This document shows, piece after piece, positions 60,577 through 64,000 of a stretch of 64,000 bases of DNA (position 1 is its first letter; the number at the start of each line of letters is the position of its first letter). The stretch is from Paraspadella gotoi (taxonomy: Eukaryota; Animalia; Chaetognatha): positions 5,255,210 through 5,319,209 of the forward strand of contig CM119266.1 in the NCBI GenBank assembly GCA_051294375.1. Reading direction: 5' to 3'. The translations under genes and the position numbers were made by a program. The notes below the pieces were generated by a model. That model worked only from the letters and a program-made list of their open reading frames with translations. It ran no database searches and had not been told where the DNA came from.

Positions 60577-61962
60577 TCAGGCCGAGTCTTCTTCTTCGTG
60601 TTGGCGGCTACAGTAAACCTGGCGGCGATTTTCGCGATGTACTTTTGGGTTCCGGTTAATCCGGATCTCACTGTCGTCTTTTACGTTTTGGCCGCCATGT
60701 GGGGCGTGGCTGACGCCGTCTGGCAAACGCAAATCAACGGTGAGACGGTTGTTGTTGTTATTATCTAATAAGTAAATTTATAGACTAATTTCATACGATT
60801 TGATTGTAAAGATCTAGTAATGTTAATGAAATTATACAGAACTCGGTTTACTATTGATATATACTGTTAATTTTAGGTAGAGAGAGAGAGAGAGGAAGAG
60901 AAAATANNNNNNNNNNTGATTCGTCGGTATTCGAGTGATTCGTGAAGGAGACGAGCAATCACATCACTAGGCCAACCAAGTCCGTTTATAGGTCCATTCC
61001 GTTGATGAGATCTAGTAATGTTAATGAAATTATACAGAACTCGGTTTACTATTGATATATAATATACTGTTCATTTTAGGTAGAGAGAGAGAGAGAGATA
61101 GAGGAAGAGAAAATATTTACATTTACATCAATCCTTTTGTCTCTTAAATATTTATTTCGTCGCAAAAGGATTGATGTGTAAATGTAAATATTCTTCTCTT
61201 CCTCTATCTCTCTCTCTCTCTCTACTAAAATGAACAGTATTATTCATATATCAATAGTTAACCGAGTTCTGTATAATTCATTAACATTACTAGATCTCAT
61301 CAACGGAATGGACCTATAAACGGACTTGGTTGGGCCTAGTGATGTGGATTGCTCGTCTCCTTCACGAATCACTCGAATACCGACGAATCACAGACCTTAC
61401 TTCAACCTTAGATATGACCAAATGACCGACAGAAGGAACCGAACGGAGTGATTTGATGTCAAAATTTGCTAAGAGAATCAAATAATTATTGAACTGTTTA
61501 ACTATTGTTCATCACCCTTTGTCTTAACCTTTGTTTTATCGTAGTGTCATCGTTCCTATGTCATCACCCTAATCATTGTCCGTCATTAATAAACTATTGT
61601 CAACCAAATACTTTTGCCACTTATTATTTACCCTCGTTATTTGACTAAACGTCAACGATCTTTACAATCAAATCGTATGAAATTAGTCTATAAAATTTAC
61701 TTATTAGATAATAAACAACAACAACCGTCTCACCGTTGATTTGCGTTTGCCAGACGGCGTCAGCCACGCCCCACATGGCGGCCAAAACGTAAAAGACGAC
61801 AGTGAGATCCGGATTAACCGGAACCCAAAAGTACATCGCGAAAATCGCCGCCAGGTTTACTGTAGCCGCCAACACGAAGAAGAAGACTCGGCCTGACGAG
61901 AAAGAGAGAGAAAGAGAAGAAGAAGAGAGAAAGAGAGAGAGAGAGAGAGGGAGAGAGAGAAG

Positions 61963-61996
<34 letters not shown>

Positions 61997-63280
61997 TAGA
62001 GAAAGAATCTTTAACTTTCTCTCGCCCAATATGGGGATAATCTATTTATTGGTCAGTTTTAAAGGTAGCGTAATCTTTTGTTTTTTTCAAAAAATTCGAA
62101 TCGATTGTTTTGCCACCTACCGAGCCATTGACGAGGTCTTCCAAAAACAAAGGAACAAACGGAGTCGCTGAGTCCGAATGCAATCATCGTGTATCCGCAT
62201 ATTTATCCTCTCTNNNNNNNNNNNNNNNNNNNNNNNNNAACTTTGATATAATTTTTTTCAACAAGGGGCAAAAGAACTATTTGCTCTTCTCTCGTTTAAT
62301 CAATAAATCAATCAATAAATGAATCAATCAATCAACCCTCTCTCTCCCCCCTTTCTCTAATCCTCTAGCCCTGTACGGCGTCCTCTTCATGAAGAATCAA
62401 GAGGCAGGATTCGCCAATTATCGCCTCTGGGAATCGACGGGTTTCATCATCGCTTTCATCTACGCGGATCTCATTTCCATCCAAACTAAAATCTTCGTGC
62501 TCATCCTCGTTTTGGCCGCTGGAATGTCAGGTTGAGTTAATTGATTGCGGTTAATCGGTTAATTTAATTAATTATTAATTAATTAATGACTTAATTAATC
62601 TGGTCGTTTTGTGGGTCGGTTTGCTAAACTGTTCAAGATTTAAATGGTTTTAAGAAATAGGCGTTCAACCGATTTAAAATTTGTCAGTCATTTAATAAAT
62701 AAACTATCTTGTCACTGACTTTGGATGATGGGCTAACTTATGAATCCCTCTTACAGGATACTGGAAGCTTTTAATCAAGACTCTCTCTCAGTCTATTTAT
62801 TAACTCCCTGAGTTCCTGGCTTCCATGTCAAAGTGTTACGAGCTGTTTCAATTGTTTGATTATTGTGTGTTTTTACAAGTGTTTTTTAACCGAATTTCTG
62901 GCAAACGCGTTTGCAATTTGGGTAGTCAGATTTGAACGGAATTCTCTATTAGAAAAATGTTGAATTTTTTTTTAAGCGAGATTCTCGTCTACTATAATGG
63001 TAGTTTAAGTTTATTCGTTCATCCAATGTCTACCGATTACTAAGCCATAAAGTTTTTCATTTTTTTTTTTAATCTTAGGTTATTTCTTGATCGAAGTTCG
63101 AGAGCGATTTCTCAAAAAATCGAGAGACGAACAAAATACTCAAACTGAAGCCAAAGAATCCAACGGAGAAACGACTGAATTTTAATTTGTAATATTTGTC
63201 CCTATTAACTAATTAGTTTGTTTATACTTTATGTATATGAATTCAATTAAACTTAAACATAGAAACTATATAGAGTTACA
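60341..63280. repeat. Patchwork re-duplication of the 3' part of UNC93A paralogue 2 (direct 60341-60906, 60917-61139 and 62239-63280; inverted 61140-62213)
   Basis: Exon and intron sequences match 56859-60290. The pieces are separated by N gaps and one gap-free fold-back. Confidence 0.92.
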
Positions 63281-63625
63281 NNNNNNNNNNTAGAAATTAT
63301 TATCTCGCTACTTTTGAGCCAGGGTTGAGAAAAATTAAAACAACAATTTCGTCGTCGTCATTAATCACAATCTTTATCTAAATTTCGTTTCTAAGCTAAT
63401 TTGGCAACACGTAAATATTTCAAGACCACAAAAAAACAAATACACAAAACTAACAAATAAAACAAAATATAACAAATCCGCATACAAATATTTAAAAACT
63501 AAATCTTCGAATTTTTCGATCGTGTTCAAAAGTAAAACAAAAAGATAAAAAAAAAATCAGAATAAAAACATTAATACTGGTTCGTTCTTTAAAAGATATT
63601 TGCCGCTCGGAAAATTAAAGTTTAT

Positions 63626-64000
63626 GCTTCGGAGATTTCGAAAGAGAATCGGCCGGAAGTTGCGCCGTCGCCGCCGCCGCCGCCGCCGCGTCGTCCGTCT
63701 ACATCAGATTCCCTCGTCTCGTCTCCATCCACATAATCATCTCCCCTCCGCCCATCTTCCTCTTCCTCCTCCTCTCTCACTCCCTCTCTCCCGCCACGCC
63801 CACTCTTCCCACAACAACAACAACGCCGACAAGACCGGCGCCAATTCCTCCAAGCGGCGCCGACGACGCCGGGCGCGTGGAGGAGGAGGAGGAGGAGGAA
63901 GAGGTGGAGGCAATGGATGAAGAAGAGGAGGACGAAGACACCGACGAGGTGATGAGGAAGAAGGAAGACGAGGGGACCGACGAGGAAAGAGCGTGGGTGG
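63626..64000 (+). CDS. Possible 5' part of an unidentified low-complexity protein running off the window
   Basis: GC-rich segment with the composition of the other exons. MLRRFRKRIGRKLRRR... is followed, in another frame, by [58 protein letters not shown], open to the window end. No recognisable domain. Confidence 0.35.

Overview
AT-rich, intron-rich animal (invertebrate-like) nuclear DNA from a noisy draft assembly with N gaps, many single-base indels and large fold-back duplications. I spliced the following genes by eye. (1) An 8-exon, 468-aa flavin monooxygenase of the bacterial trimethylamine-monooxygenase (Tmm/mFMO) type (+, 21655-31407). (2) A C22orf15/CXorf65-like gene nested on the same strand inside FMO intron 4. 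(3) A 426-aa protein with three C2H2 zinc fingers fused in one exon to a nuclear-receptor C4 DNA-binding domain with a thyroid-receptor-like T/A box and no ligand-binding domain (-, 31956-33556); this is the most unusual object in the window. (4) An 8-exon FBXO4 orthologue (-, 34996-38534). (5) Two head-to-head UNC93A-like MFS paralogues with patches of identical sequence that suggest gene conversion. Mobile DNA includes TTAA-inserting Kolobok-like non-autonomous elements (two have their empty site visible elsewhere in the window), a hAT-like MITE, a Penelope-type minimal hammerhead motif and a tRNA-like element. The giant inverted repeats (958-17087, 42581-51671) and the duplicated block at 60341-63280 are most likely haplotype or amplification artefacts. 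All family assignments come from remembered motifs, not from database searches.
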